Counted from the stretch's first letter, positions 1-11,867 are shown. The stretch is DNA of 64,000 nt from Octopus sinensis (GCF_006345805.1 NC_042997.1:168764001-168828000), one strand, 5' to 3'. Numbers and translations: made by a program. The notes: generated by a model not told the origin, from the letters alone.

Positions 1-153
1 ACGTAAGTTAATTGGATTAATGGTAGTTATTTTACTGAAACAGCTGTTGGATGAAATTAAATTGTGAATTATTAATGAATTTTTTTGTTTTTATGCTTTT
101 CACTCTAAATATGTTACTCTCAAGGATTGCTTTAGCAAATTATGTATATATAT

Positions 154-620
154 AGGTGTAGGAGTGGCTGTGTGGTAAGTAGCTTGCTTACGAACTACAT
201 GGTTCCGGGTTCAGTCCCACTACGTGGCACCTTGGGCAAGTGTCTTCTACTATAGCCTCAGGCCAACCAGAGCCTTGTGAGTGGATTTGGTAGACGGAAA
301 CTGAAAGAAGCCCATCGTATATATATGTATATATATATACATATAACTTATAAATAAGAGCTAAAGAAAATTATTTCTATGCCAATATGCTGATAATAGA
401 CTTTTAAATCGTCAATTTCCCCAAATTATTTACTCGCTACAGAAAACATGTAGAGCTTTGACAATTTAAAAGTCTGTTATCAGCATATTGGCATAGAAAT
501 AATTTTCTTTAGCCCTTATTTATAAGTTGTTTATAATTTTAGCCTTAAAGGTATTTTAATATGCTGCCACATTTTTTGATGGAATTTTTTTCTGTGAAAA
601 AGCTTCATCCTATATTAGTA

Positions 621-696
<76 letters not shown>

Positions 697-912
697 ATGT
701 ATGTATGTGTATGTGTATGTTTGTCCCCGCCAACATCGCTTGACAACTGATGCTGGTGCGTTTATGTCTCCATAACTTAGCGGTTCAGCAAAAAAGACCA
801 ATAGAATAAGTACTAGGCCTACAAAGAATAAGTCCTGGGGTCAATTTGCTCGACTAAAGGCAGTGCTCCAGCATGGCCAAAGTCAAATGACTGAAACAAG
901 TAGAAGAGAGTA
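154..912 (+). mobile_element. tRNA-derived SINE family A (head, microsatellite hinge, CR1-like tail), split by an insert
   Basis: Head GGAGTGGCTGTGTGGTAAG...GGTTCAGTCCC (A/B-box-like) at 154-330, (TA)n hinge, right half at about 716-912 ending CCAGCATGGCC..GTCAAATGACTGAAACAAGTA. Many other copies in the window. Confidence 0.85.
345..528. repeat. 71-bp inverted repeat (foldback) inside the SINE A hinge
   Basis: 345-415 versus reverse complement of 458-528: 3 mismatches, 42-bp spacer. Confidence 0.85.
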
Positions 913-1029
913 ATACATGCAAGCCTTTTCCATTTAGATTTACCATCATGTTATAAGGTGTTAGAGTTTAATTACCTATTATTTATTGAGTACTTAATTA
1001 TTGTGCATATATTTTTTTATCCTTTTAAC

Positions 1030-1263
1030 ATCTATTTTTTCCATGCTTGCATGATCCTGTTGGAATTCATTGAGGCAGATTTTCTACAGCTGGATGCCAC
1101 CAACCTTCCTGTCACCAACCTTCACATGATTTCAAGCAAGCAAATATTTCCACATTGCCAGACATGTTTTCACAAAATATTAGAAATGAAAGACATTGTT
1201 TGCACGGCAGTGATACTTGTGTGCAACAATCACATGATGTTAAGCCAGGGAGACTCAAACATA

Positions 1264-1294
<31 letters not shown>

Positions 1295-1330
1295 TTCTTT
1301 CAGCTTCCGTCTAATCCACTTAAAAGTCTC
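1030..1330 (-). mobile_element. SINE A-type left part joined to the alternative (family C-like) tail
   Basis: Minus strand GACGGAAGCTGAAAGAAACC-(TG)n-...GGCATCCAGCTGTAGAAA...CATGCAAGCATGGAAAA. Confidence 0.65.
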
Positions 1331-1382
1331 TGGTAGTAATGGTATATTGTAGCCTAAAATGGCATGTAGTATAGGGTAAGGT

Positions 1383-1714
1383 GAAGGCGCATGGATCAAT
1401 GGTTAGTGTTGAACTTACGACCGTGAGGTTGTGAGTTTGAATCCTGGACCGGGCTGCGTGTTGTGTTCTTGAGCAAGACACTTTATTTCACGTTGCTCCA
1501 GTTTACTCATCTGTAGAAATGAGTTGCGATATCACTGGTGCCAAGCTGTATCAGCCTTTGCCTTTCCCTTGGATAACATTGGTGGCGAGGAGAGGGGAGG
1601 CCAGTATGCATGGGCGACTGCTGGTCTTCCATAAATAACCTTGCCCAGACTTGTGCCTCGGAGGGTAACTTTCTAGGTGCAATCACATGGTCATTCGTGA
1701 CTGAAGGGGGTCTC
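1383..1714 (+). mobile_element. tRNA-derived SINE family B, full copy
   Basis: GAAGGCGCATGG...GAGTTTGAATCC head, TTCTTGAGCAAGACACTT core, end GAAGGGGGTCTC; flanked by ATAGGGTAA duplicates. Confidence 0.85.
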
Positions 1715-1725
1715 CAATAGGGTAA

Positions 1726-2060
1726 AGACCCCCTTTGGTAATGAATGACCATGGGATTGCACCTAGAAAGTTACCCTCCGAGGTACAAGTCTGGGCAAGG
1801 TTGTTTAAAGAAGACCAGCATTTGCCCATGCATACCAGCTTCCCTGCTCCACGCTGCCAATGTTATCCATGAGAAAGGCAAAAGCCAATACATTTGGCAC
1901 CGGTGATGTCACAACTTATTTCTAAAGCTGAGTGAACTGGAGCAACATGAAATAAAGTGTCTTGCTCAAGAACATAAAACACACAGCCCTATCTAAGAAT
2001 TGAACTGACTACCTCATGATTGTGAGCGCAGTGCTCTAACCACTGAGCCATGTGCCTTCA
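1726..2060 (-). mobile_element. SINE family B, full copy, inverted relative to 1383-1714
   Basis: Reverse-complement homology over the whole length. Confidence 0.85.
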
Positions 2061-2128
2061 TCATGTAGTATAAGTGAACCCCAAACCATGCAGTTGAGAA
2101 GTAAAAGAAAAGTGTGTGACTAATTTAA

Positions 2129-2348
2129 CACATTATCGTTTAAACTGACCATATCTGGCCAAAATATTTGACCTGGTTTATGTTCAAACAGGCCAGATTT
2201 GGCCTCTCACACCTACCCTACAATGTCATTATAAAAATAAACAATCATGTCATTGAAACCTCAAAGCGACAAGATAATGCATGATTAATTCAAAACAATG
2301 CAAGTGAAAACGAATTACATTTGACAGAATAATCTGAATGCTAAAGGG
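2129..2348. mobile_element. piggyBac-type MITE (TTAA-flanked), old copy
   Basis: Ends ATGCTAAAGGG|TTAA; TTAA at 2125-2128; same family as 57837-58476. Confidence 0.6.
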
Positions 2349-2899
2349 TTAATTATTTCATTCCTTTACATATGCTTCAGTGATACAATTTCATTGGTAC
2401 CATATTTTCAGAAGGTAAACAATTAAATATAAATACACAATTTGTTAGAAAGTATTTATATTGTAGGAATTACTGAGAAAATAGTATAGATATATTGTCT
2501 ATTTTGTAGAGGTTATAAGCAGTTGTATCGTAAATATACTTTCTGATATATTCTATATATTTAATTGTTTTCCTTCTGCAGAAGTGATACCCTTGAAACT
2601 GTATCACTGATACGTGTAAAGGAATGAAATAATTAAGCTAATCACTCTTGTTTGTGTACTAATTCTCTTATTATTTAATCATTATATATACTCTTTGATT
2701 GTTACAGCATGTAGACCTGCATCATATGATCATGTGTATGGTAACATAAATTTATTTTCCAAGTGTTTATATTGGAGTGCAACAGAGCATATGGAGTTCT
2801 AAATAAACAGTTATGTAAAGCCTTATAAAGGTACATCACTAACATATATTATACATACACATGTGTGTGTATGTGTGTGTATATATATATAGAGAGAGA

Positions 2900-3060
2900 G
2901 TTTACGATAAAAACAAAAGACGAAGACAGGTGGTGTACAAAACAAACAGACGTATTAGTATAACGCTCAGGAATAGAAAAAGTCTTTTACATTTCGAGCC
3001 TACACTCTTCTACAGAAAGGGACACAAAAAAACAAGGAGAGAAAAAAATGTGTAGTGGCT
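2900..3060 (-). mobile_element. Penelope-like terminal fragment with a degenerate minimal hammerhead core
   Basis: Minus 3019-2984: CTTT CTGTAGA A GAGT GTAG GCTC GAAA TGTA AAAG; lies between (TA)n runs. Confidence 0.55.
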
Positions 3061-3076
3061 AATGATCTATCATGGC

Positions 3077-3114
<38 letters not shown>

Positions 3115-3729
3115 AAACATAATATATGTACATATATATATGCATACATATGAACACACACACACATTAATACATACATATCTGTATATACATATGCATA
3201 TATACATACATATATGTGTGTTTATGTTTGTGTTCTACATATGTGGTTGTCGTATATGAGACGAGCATTCAACACCAGTTTGTGAAGTTTATTGTGGTTT
3301 ATTAGTGTACAAATCAGCGGAATACACTGTAAGTAATTTCACAAGATAATGTCATAATTATACAATTCACTCATCTGATGCACAAACAACCAATGACTGC
3401 TTGGAGTGAAAACAGAAGCAATTAGAATGGATTGTATTGCTAGCATATTGTAAAAGAGAGAGTTAAACCAAGTCTTTTATACAAGATTTGCTTTTATACA
3501 TACCAGCTCTACACACTTAAAACATGTGTATGTGTGTGTGTGAAGCACTTCATACATAACCACAAACAGACAAATGGTAGTTAAATCTGAATTTTACCTT
3601 CATACAAAAATCTGTCTGTGAAAGATGACTCCATTACTTACAAGAGTTGTATGGAAAAATAATTTCAAATTTTTCTAACTTTATTATACAATATATAAAA
3701 AGTTATAAAATTGCATTTAATGTATGTAT

Positions 3730-3767
<38 letters not shown>

Positions 3768-4289
3768 CGTGGAAGGTGTTTGTAAGTCATTTAAGAAACA
3801 CACAAAAGCCGTTCGATTCACTTCAACATTTAAGTTTAATTTGTCAAACTATTTTCATCGCTATAAGACCGCGACCTGTTCACTGACAAAAATCCGTGCT
3901 TATATATTAATATTTAGAAGAAGCAGTAAAGTGATTCAAGGGCTGAGAGTTTCATGCATCAGCATTAACAAGTTAATTACAGATTGTGGGTTTAACTAAC
4001 TGGTGATATATGAAAATGAAAATATAAAAATATGTTTTCATGTAATAAATGCTTTGATTAACTGAAAATATATTGGTGTACATATTCATGAGGTAAGTTT
4101 GTCAAGTAAAATAGGAGTCATCTGTATTGAAAAAAATTTTGGTGAATCCATTTTTGTGTGTGTTGTGGTTAAGAGAGAATTTATAGTAGAAGAAAGAAAT
4201 ATGTAACTGAGCAGGATCTGGTTAATGCTGATGTTTGGCTTATCAAAATTTTGGGTAAGAACCATGTGTAAATTAAATGAATAAATAGC

Positions 4290-4640
4290 ATGGGTCAAAT
4301 AGAATTTATTAAGACAAGATTTTTCCATATCCAGATGTTCTTCCTGTTGCCAACTCTCATTTGTTTCTAGGAAAAGTAATATTTTCCCATGATCAGACAG
4401 GTTTGTCATGAAAGATTGGAAACGAACAACACCACTTGTATGATATTTACAACATCACATGATGCCAAGACAAGAGTATACTCTAACACACACATATGTA
4501 TGTGTGTATATACACACAAATTTTTTTTCTCCAAAATCCATTCACAAAGATTAAGCAGAAGACACTTGCCCAAAGTGTCACAAGGTGGGATTGAACATAA
4601 GACTACATAGTTAGGAAGCAAGCTTAACACCTACACTTTA
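4290..4640 (-). mobile_element. Degenerate SINE A head plus C-like tail composite
   Basis: Head and core (CTTTGGGCAAGTGTCTTCT), microsatellite, then GTTGGCAACAGGAAGAACATC tail module. Confidence 0.55.
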
Positions 4641-5206
4641 TACAAACACACACACACACACGTACACACTCACACACATGCACACGCATACTCTCTCTCT
4701 CACACACACACATACAAACACACACAGATATATATATAAGAAATATAATTCTGGTAAATATAGGAAATTCTGGAATATATAGGAAATTCTGGTATATATA
4801 GGAAATATAATTGTAGATGAAATATGGAAAAAAACATGACAAAGGTAAGCAAATTGTCTTATTCAATCATTTAAAATGTGTGTGTGTGTGTGTGTATGTG
4901 TGTGTGTGTATGTGTGCGCGCGCATGAGCACGCACGCATGAGAGAGAATTTTTTAAAATTTACTGAAAGCCTTGTTTAGTAATATCATGAGGTCTGGAGT
5001 TGGCAAACAGGATTATAGACTACAATAAGCAATAGAATCACTTTTTTAAGGTGCCTTGTATAGAATATTCATTATCTCTGACAACAGATTCTCTGTTAAA
5101 CCATAACAGCATTGGCTGGAGCCAGAAGTTTATTGATACCTTTCACATTTCTGAATTACCAACACTGCATCTAAAAAAAGACCTCAAGAATATTATTTGT
5201 TTAATG

Positions 5207-5240
<34 letters not shown>

Positions 5241-6124
5241 GACAGAGAGTGTGAGAAAGATGTGCATGTGTATGTGTGAGCATATGTGTGTATGCGTGTG
5301 TATGTGTGTGAATACACACACATGCAAATGCAGACATGTATATATTCACAGAAATATTGTTGTTATTATTTGGCAAAGTGAAATTGTAAGCAAGTGTTTA
5401 ACAAAAAAATAATAAAAAACAGCCTTGCTTGCTTGGAATGAAATGAACTGCTGCTGCTGATAAAATGGAAGTGTGTGCCAGATCTAAGCAAATCTTGGAT
5501 AACAACATAGATATTATACTCACACACACACATGCACAAAGAGGGAGAGAGAGGGAGAGAGAGGGAGAGAGAGAGGGATGAAGGTATGTGGCTTAATGGT
5601 AAAGATGTTTGACTCATGATCATAATATTGACGGTTCACTTTCTGGACCTGGTAATACATTATGTCCTTCGGCAAAGCACTTCATTTCACATTGCTCCAG
5701 TTTACTCAGATGAAAATGCTCTTGTAATGTCGGTAGTCTTTGTGTTGTCTTTTCATTTCCAGATTTATTTTGAAAATGCTGTAATGTTTACTGGGTGTAT
5801 TGGCAGAATGACAAAGAATATATTTGTATAGGGATATATCCAACCAAATCCACTTCGCTTTACATCCAACCAAGGTTGATAAGATAAGTACTTGAGCTGA
5901 TGCAATTGACTACAACTTAGAAGACAATGTTCCAATATGAATGCAATCAAATGAGTGGAACCAATAAACCAGTAAAAGAAGACAAGAATAAAAGAATAGC
6001 GAAAAAAAGAACAAGAATGAACACAGCTTATTGATATTAATACAGCAAATGTTAAGAATGTAATCAAAAGTATAATAGAAAGTTAAGGAAGGGCTGGCAC
6101 TAAACTGTTGTTATGGCCAAGATA

Positions 6125-6357
6125 TATTTCTTTACTACCCACAAGAGGCTAAACACAGAGGGGACAAACAAGAACAGACAAAGGGATTAAGTCGATAGCA
6201 TCAACCCAGTGCATAACTGGTACTTAATTTATCGACCCCGAAAGGATGAAAGGCAAAGTCGACTTCGGCGGAATTTGAACTCTGAACGTAACGACATACA
6301 AAATACTGCTACGCATTTTGCCCAGCGTGCTAACGTTTCGCCAGCTCGCCACCTTAC
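6125..6357 (-). mobile_element. tRNA-derived SINE family D, full copy with 12-bp TSD
   Basis: Head GGCGAGCTGGCGAAACGTTAGC, B-box-like GAGTTCAAATTCC, core GTCGACTTTGCCTTTCATCCTTTCGGGGTCGAT; TSD ATGGCCAAGATA at 6113-6124 and 6358-6369. Confidence 0.9.
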
Positions 6358-6651
6358 ATGGCCAAGATAATTCATTTTCAATGACTCAGTCCACTTAGCA
6401 GCATGTATGGCAGGTACAAGAGTCTAATGTAATTTGCTACAACACTATAATATTGGCTTCAAGTTTTGTTACAAGAAAAGCAAGTTTGTGGGAGGGAGTA
6501 AGTTGTTTACATCAACCCCAGTACTCAGCTGATACTTATTTCATCAACCATGAAAGATGAGAGGCAAAGTTGACCTCAGCAGAATTTCAACTCAGAAATG
6601 TAAACACAGACAAAATGTTACTAAGTATTTTGCCTGGCATGCTAACAATTC

Positions 6652-7069
6652 TTATTTCTGTATTGCCCACAAGGGGCTAAACACAGAGGGGAAAAACAAG
6701 GACAGACAAAGGGATTAAGTCGATTGCATCGACCCCAGTGCGTAACTGGTACTTAATTTATTGACCCCAAAAGGATGAAAGGCGAAGTCGACCTCAGTGG
6801 AATTTGAACTCAGAACCTAACAACAGATAAAATACCTATTTCTTTACTACCCACAAGGGGTTAAACACAGAAGGGACAAACAAGGACAGACAAACGGATT
6901 AAGTCGATTATATTGACTCCAGTGCGTAACTGGTACTTATTTAATTGACCCCGAAAGGATGAAAGGCAAAGTCAACCTCAGCGGAATTTGAACTCAGAAT
7001 GTAACGACAGACGAAATACCGCTAAGCATTTCGCCCGGCGCGCTAACGTTTCTGCCAGCTCGCCGCCTT
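6652..7069 (-). mobile_element. SINE D tandem dimer (full copy plus headless copy)
   Basis: Junction GAAATAG|GTATTTT at 6836/6835. Confidence 0.85.
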
Positions 7070-7106
7070 TATTCTAACAATTCTGCCAGCACTTTACCCC
7101 GCTACA

Positions 7107-7260
7107 TCATCATTATCATCCACATCATCATCATCATTGTTTAAGGCCCACTTTCCATGTTGGCATGGATTGGACGGTTTGACATGGAGCTGACCAACAG
7201 GGAGCTGTCCAGACTCCAATTGTCTGTTCTGGCATTGTTTCTATAGCTGGATGTCCTTCT
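7107..7260 (-). mobile_element. SINE-like family C 3' part with (GAT)n tail
   Basis: GAAGGACATCCAGCTATAGAAAC...CCAATCCATGCCAACATGGAAAG...AAAC(AATGATGAT)n. Confidence 0.75.
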
Positions 7261-7261
7261 T

Positions 7262-7830
7262 AATTTTTTATTTTTTATTTCATCTAGTTTCAACTCACGA
7301 GCTGTGGCCATGCTGGGGTACCACCATTTGGTATTGCTACATGATTTTACTTCACGAATGCTTTTTAGCAATTGACATTTGGTTTATGAGAGAGTTTGAT
7401 GCAGCTGCCCTCATCTGCACTTCCTGCTGTGAAGTTGGTTCATCTGGGACACCTGACAAGAAGAGGTTTAGCTTTATTTTGAAGACACCTACATCCACCC
7501 AATGCAGGTCTCTCAGGTCCTTCGGGAGGATATTGAAGAGCTGTGGACCTCTGAAGCCCAGGCTATTGCAGTATCTTGTCCTACATCTTGATGGCAAATT
7601 TGGAGTCCTTGGCACTATGCAGTGGCACCCAGTTCTAGTATTTGTGTAACTCTCAATGCCAAAGTTTGGGACAAGTCCTTCCAGGATCTTCCAAATGTAT
7701 ATTATGGCATACCTTTCTCGCCTACGCACTAAGGAATAGAGTCTTAATCTCTTGAGTCTTTCCCAATAGCTTATATGCTGCATAGAGGCTATCTTTTTCA
7801 TGCCAAATAATATTGATGAGTATTCTGCTA
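7262..7830 (-). mobile_element. CR1-group LINE, 5'-truncated 3' end (RT C-terminus plus 3' UTR)
   Basis: 149-aa ORF with SYWERLKRLRLYSLVRRRERY..IYIWKILEGLVPN and FLSGVPDEP..AAASNSL motifs, typical of CR1-group ORF2 C-termini; intact 3' tail. Confidence 0.85.
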
Positions 7831-8297
7831 CATCACAGTTTTCAGTTCACCTGCCAGAAACTAATACTAATATTAAATACTAAACATTTTACCAAAACAT
7901 TTCCAGAACTCCAACCTTCTAGAACTCACTCTCTGCTCATATTTCTGTTCCCTAGCCCCACTGTAAATGCCAACCTGTAAAATGCTCAACTTGAATATCA
8001 CTTGCCTCAATATAACTTTACTGAAGGCCTACAAAAGTCATGGCTATTGCTCTTCCACTGTTGACTGATTTACATATAAAGGAATGCAGTACATAATAAC
8101 TAGAGGGAAATTTGCCTCTTGTACCAAGGAAGCAGGAAGAAGGCACAGTATTCAGGAGAAAGCAGAGGTACAAGAGGAAATGTTGCTTTTGGATACATAA
8201 TAGACATGTATGTGTGTGTGTGTGTGAGAGAGAGAGAGACAGTTTTATATTCATTTTTCCATGACAGTAAGTGGGATCATTTGAAAAATATTTTGAT

Positions 8298-8672
8298 ATT
8301 TACTCTTTCACTTGTTTCAGTCATTTGACTGTGGCCATGCTGGAGCACCGCCTTTAGTCGAGCAAATCGACCCCCAGGACTTATTCTTTGTAAGCCTAGT
8401 ACTTATTCTATTGGTCTCTTTAGCCGAACCGCTAAGTTACGGGGACGTAAACACACCAGTATCAGTTGTCAAGCAATGTTGAGGGAACAAACACACACAC
8501 ACACATATGACGGGCTTCTTCCAGTTTCCATCTACCAAATCCACTCACAAAGCCTTGGTCGGCCCGAGGCTATAGTAGAAAACACTTGCCCAAGGTGCCA
8601 CGCAGTGGGACTGAACCCGGAACCATGTGGTTGGTAAGCAAGCTACTTACCACACAGCCACTCCTATGCCTA
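8298..8672 (-). mobile_element. SINE family A, full copy
   Basis: Complete head, core, short (TG)n hinge and tail. Confidence 0.9.
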
Positions 8673-8929
8673 TTTGTGCACTTTTAAAGCAATATTTTTA
8701 ACAAATCAATACACATCCTACAACTAAGCATGCCACAAGTATATAGGAGTGCAACTTGATGCTGCTCAAACAGAAGTTAAGCAACGTAATATGCATTACC
8801 TTACTGTAGTCGTATGATTTGAATCTGTGACTATATGGTCAAATAAACCAACATCTTAACTTCTAAGCTGATGTAAAAAACAAGTTTTAAAGTTGTTTCC
8901 TCTGTTAAGGGAAAGCAAGGTTTAGTCAT

Positions 8930-9290
8930 ATGAAATCCTGTGACAGTTTTCTCTAGTTTACCCTTCCTCTACATCTCCTTTCACTAACCTCTTTGCCCTC
9001 ATTTTCTCTTCCATCATCTTTATCTGTCATTCTTCATCATCTTACTCTGCTTCCTTCCACTTTCATTTTCACCACTCATCTCAGCCAATCACTTTCACCC
9101 TTCCTCGGCACATGACCCAGCCACCTCATTCCATTTCTTTTCACTACATCCATCACTGACTCCATTCCCATCATTCTTTGCACTTCATTGTTTGTCTTCC
9201 TCTCACTAAGTGATACTATACTCAACTACCGAAACATTCTTCATTTCAATTCTTTCCAATCTTCTCTGCTATTCCATGTCCATTATCCAT
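8930..9290 (-). mobile_element. RTE-clade LINE relic (C-terminal region)
   Basis: Broken frame reads MESVMDVVKRNGMRWLGHV..ESDWLR, resembling the RTE R(L)RWLGHV motif. Confidence 0.55.
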
Positions 9291-9543
9291 GTGTCATTCC
9301 TATAAATCAACCAATATATACAAACGAAAATCCCAAAAAGGACTGTTCAATAGAATCCGACTAGAAAAAATTCCTTGTAATAATTGTCAGCTAACCAATT
9401 CTTGCTTTTTTTTTTTTTTTTGATAGCACAAAACAACATATGACACAATATTTGTTTACAGCAGTAAAGAATATTACAATTCTTTTCCCATCTTCTTAGA
9501 CGTGTATATATTACTACAGAATCAGAAACACCAGTTCTTTCTC

Positions 9544-10170
9544 AGTGAACTGGTAGAAACATTAGCATGCCGAGCAAAATGTTTAATGGTATTTCGTCTG
9601 CCATTACATTCTGAGTTCAAATTCTGCCGAGGTCGACTTTGCCTTTCATCCTTTCGGGGTCGATAAATTAAGTACCAGTTATGCACTGGGGTCAATGTAA
9701 TCAACTTAATCCATTTGTCTGTCCTTGTTTGTCCCCTCTGTGTTTAGCCCTTTGTGGGTAGTAAAGAAATAGGCATTTCATGTCTTTAAATTCTGAATTC
9801 AAATTCCGCCAAAGTCAACTTTGCATTTCATCCTTTCAGGGTCGATAAATTAAGTACCAGTTGCGTACGGGGGTCGATCTAATTGACTGGCCCCCTCCCC
9901 AAAAATTTCAGGCCTTGTGCCTAGAGGAGAAAAGAATACTAATATTGTAGTAAGGCAGCGAGCTGGCAGAAACATTAGCATGCCAGGCAAAATGTTTAGC
10001 GGTATTTCGTCTGTCTTTATATTGAGTTCAAATTCTGCCAAGGTCGACTTGGCCTTTCATCCTTTCGGGGTCAATAAATTAAGTACCAGCTACATACTGG
10101 GGTCAATCTAATCGACTGACCCCTTCTCCAAAAATTTCAGGCCTTGTGCCTAGAGTAAAAAAGAATAATA
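9544..10170 (+). mobile_element. SINE D cluster (dimer 9544-9937 plus a further copy 9951-10170)
   Basis: Three D cores; dimer junction GAAATAG|GCATTTC at 9772/9773. Confidence 0.85.
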
Positions 10171-10436
10171 ATATTGTAGTTAACATTATTGATGATGAGA
10201 ATTATGCTGATGATAATTCTTCTTAACAGCTTAGTTGTCATTTGTAAGTGAATATGAACAGATAGCAGTGTACCATGCTTTAGGTACCTACCTATAAAGT
10301 CTTTAGCAGACATAGATATTGTTTCAGTTTTACACCCTTGATTCAGGGGAACATCAAAGATGTGTAAGCTGGAGGGAGAGACAGCTGCACCAAGTCAGTT
10401 ATTGCCATTTTCAGCAGAGTAGACAAACAATATGAA

Positions 10437-10865
10437 ATAATAATAATAATAATAATAATGAAATTATTGTATACAGTACTTAGGTGCACCAAAACTTGTC
10501 AAAAGTGCGTATAAAGCATATGCAGTAATGTACAAATGTCTGGGAAGTGAACAGTGTATGAGTCAGATACATGTTTGCATGTGTATGGAGGGAAGAAAAT
10601 CAGGTGTAGTGTTGGCAAATCTCAGGAAGCATGGAAGTTTTGAAGGATGCAATGCTCGGACAACTAACAACTGATGCCGGCAGTTTGTTCCATGCTTCAG
10701 CAACTCTTAGCATGAAAAAATGTTTCTGAAAGTCATGGGAGCTGTGCTGTTTTCTGACTTTGTAAACATGTCTACGGGTGTTAGACAGATGGAGTTTGAA
10801 AAGGTGCTCAGAGTTATTGTTTGTAAGATGGTTAATAATTTTATGGATGTCTGCCAATGTTATGT
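10437..10865 (-). mobile_element. CR1-clade LINE 3' fragment with (ATT)n tail
   Basis: NTRRHVYKV..KHFFMLRVAEAWNKLPASVVSCPSIASFK matches the CR1 C-terminal pattern TRGH..FF..RV...WN.LP..VV.....SFK. Confidence 0.8.
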
Positions 10866-11066
10866 CTTACTCAAGAACCTAATGAGTCTAAGAATTGAAC
10901 CAATGAACTTTTGATCACAAATCCAACACCATAACCAATAGGTTTTCCAACACAATACAGCACATTTTTCTCATCTATTTACTGAGATACTGATATTCAG
11001 GTGTTCCAAAAATCCAATGAACACCTGACTACATAGTTCCAAGTCAAATTATCTCATAGCAAAATA

Positions 11067-11867
11067 TGAGGTGGTATCAAAAAGTTCCCAGACTAATTTT
11101 GTAGCGTACCAACAGATGGCAGCACATGGTTGCATGTACAGTGAAAGATAGCAGTGACTTTCATGAGGCAGTGTGCCAAGTGATATTGCTGTGTTTACTT
11201 CACAAGTTGTGAAATTTGTGTTTTTGTGATCACATGTATGCTGTAGTTTGCAACTTTGCCATTGATAGGAACAAAGAGCCAACGTGAAATTTTGCGTTAA
11301 ACTCAGGAGGTCTGCTACAGAGACATTGAGCATGCTTTGGCAAGTTTATGGTGATGAGGCAATGGACCGTACACAATGTTGCAAGAAGCACAAGTGCTTC
11401 AAAAGTGTAAGAATATCTCTGGAAAACACCTGAGACCCCCTTCGGCCACGACACAGACCATGGGATTGCACCTAGAAAGTTACCCTCTTGCTGAAGAACA
11501 CAACACGCAGCCCAGTCCAGGATCCAAGCTCACAACCTCATGATCGTAAGCTCAACACTCTAACCACTGAGCCATGTGCCTTCACACCTGGAAGACAATG
11601 ATTGATCTAAAAGACCTTCCACAAGTGTCACCCCCAGAAATATGGTATTTTGCATCGAGAATTTGCCCTCCCCCCGTACCAGACTGTCATTTGACAGTTC
11701 TATTGCAATGTTTTGAAGTGTTTGAGGAAGGACATTCAGCAAAAGTGACCGGATCAGGTGAGTGTGAAGAATTGGATTCTTCGTGATGACAAAGCACCCT
11801 GTCAACTGAGCTCTCCTCACTCGTAAGTTTCACATCAAAAACATGGTGTCATTTCTGCACCTACTCT
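11067..11867 (+). mobile_element. mariner relic, internally deleted and 3'-truncated, interrupted by SINE B
   Basis: TA plus TIR-like TGAGGTGGTATCAAAAAGTTCC; ANVKFCVKLRRSATETLSMLWQVYGDEAM (HTH region); GILHREF..YQTV..FYCNVLKCLRKDI..NWILRDDKAP (catalytic region). Confidence 0.8.
11432..11585 (-). mobile_element. Internally deleted SINE B inside the mariner
   Basis: B tail joined to B head; short ACACCT(G) duplication on both sides. Confidence 0.75.

Noticed and set aside
154-230. tRNA genes at SINE heads
   Set aside because: A/B-box-like motifs only, no full cloverleaf, and always continuous with SINE bodies.
561-801. [16 protein letters not shown] and IIII ORFs here and throughout the track
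   Set aside because: Translations of (TA)n, (CA)n, (GAT)n and (AAT)n microsatellites; no coding signal.
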